Below are positions 64,000 to 64,000 of a stretch of 64,000 nucleotides of DNA, piece by piece (the first letter of the stretch is position 1; every line of letters starts with the position of its first letter). The stretch lies in IMG/VR virus record IMGVR_UViG_3300030330_005082, positions 6,769-70,768 of that record; one strand, written 5' to 3'. The position numbers were made by a program, and so were the translations under genes. Source of the stretch: a virus (lineage: Duplodnaviria > Caudoviricetes). The notes under the pieces were generated by a model. The model saw nothing but the letters and a program-made list of their open reading frames with translations. It was not told where the DNA came from and ran no database searches.

Positions 64000-64000
64000 G

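Overview
The window covers most of a tailed dsDNA bacteriophage genome (Caudoviricetes). Podovirus-like morphology is inferred from adaptor and nozzle genes plus large ejection proteins, with no tape measure or sheath gene. Several gene families resemble those of aquatic or marine phages. Layout: (i) 1-6906, minus strand: late and accessory genes plus RusA. (ii) 7079-10719, plus: short early genes separated by a repeated hairpin/GCCCTATCA/alternating-CG/promoter cassette. (iii) About 11660-11970: an iteron-like repeat array, the probable origin. (iv) 12159-25025: host-takeover ORFs, GP88-like protein, SF2 helicase, SSB, tRNA-Asn, primase and VapE-type helicase. (v) A Cro-like regulator divergent from YqaJ exonuclease and RecT, followed by a DUF2589 pair split by an AT-rich AdoMet decarboxylase gene. 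(vi) 30605-64000, minus: lysis cassette with an L,D-transpeptidase-like endolysin, tail fibre and BNR propeller, a 2355-aa ejection protein, tail nozzle and adaptor, capsid cement, major capsid and scaffold. No terminase, portal, integrase, DNA polymerase or RNA polymerase was recognised; terminase and portal probably lie outside the window. The most notable observations are the Z-DNA-prone promoter cassettes, an ATPase-less VapE paralogue with two winged-helix repeats, the DUF2589 pair, a duplicated two-gene beta-sandwich cassette and a GspC/PilP-like phage protein. All family assignments come from reading motifs by eye; no database searches were run.
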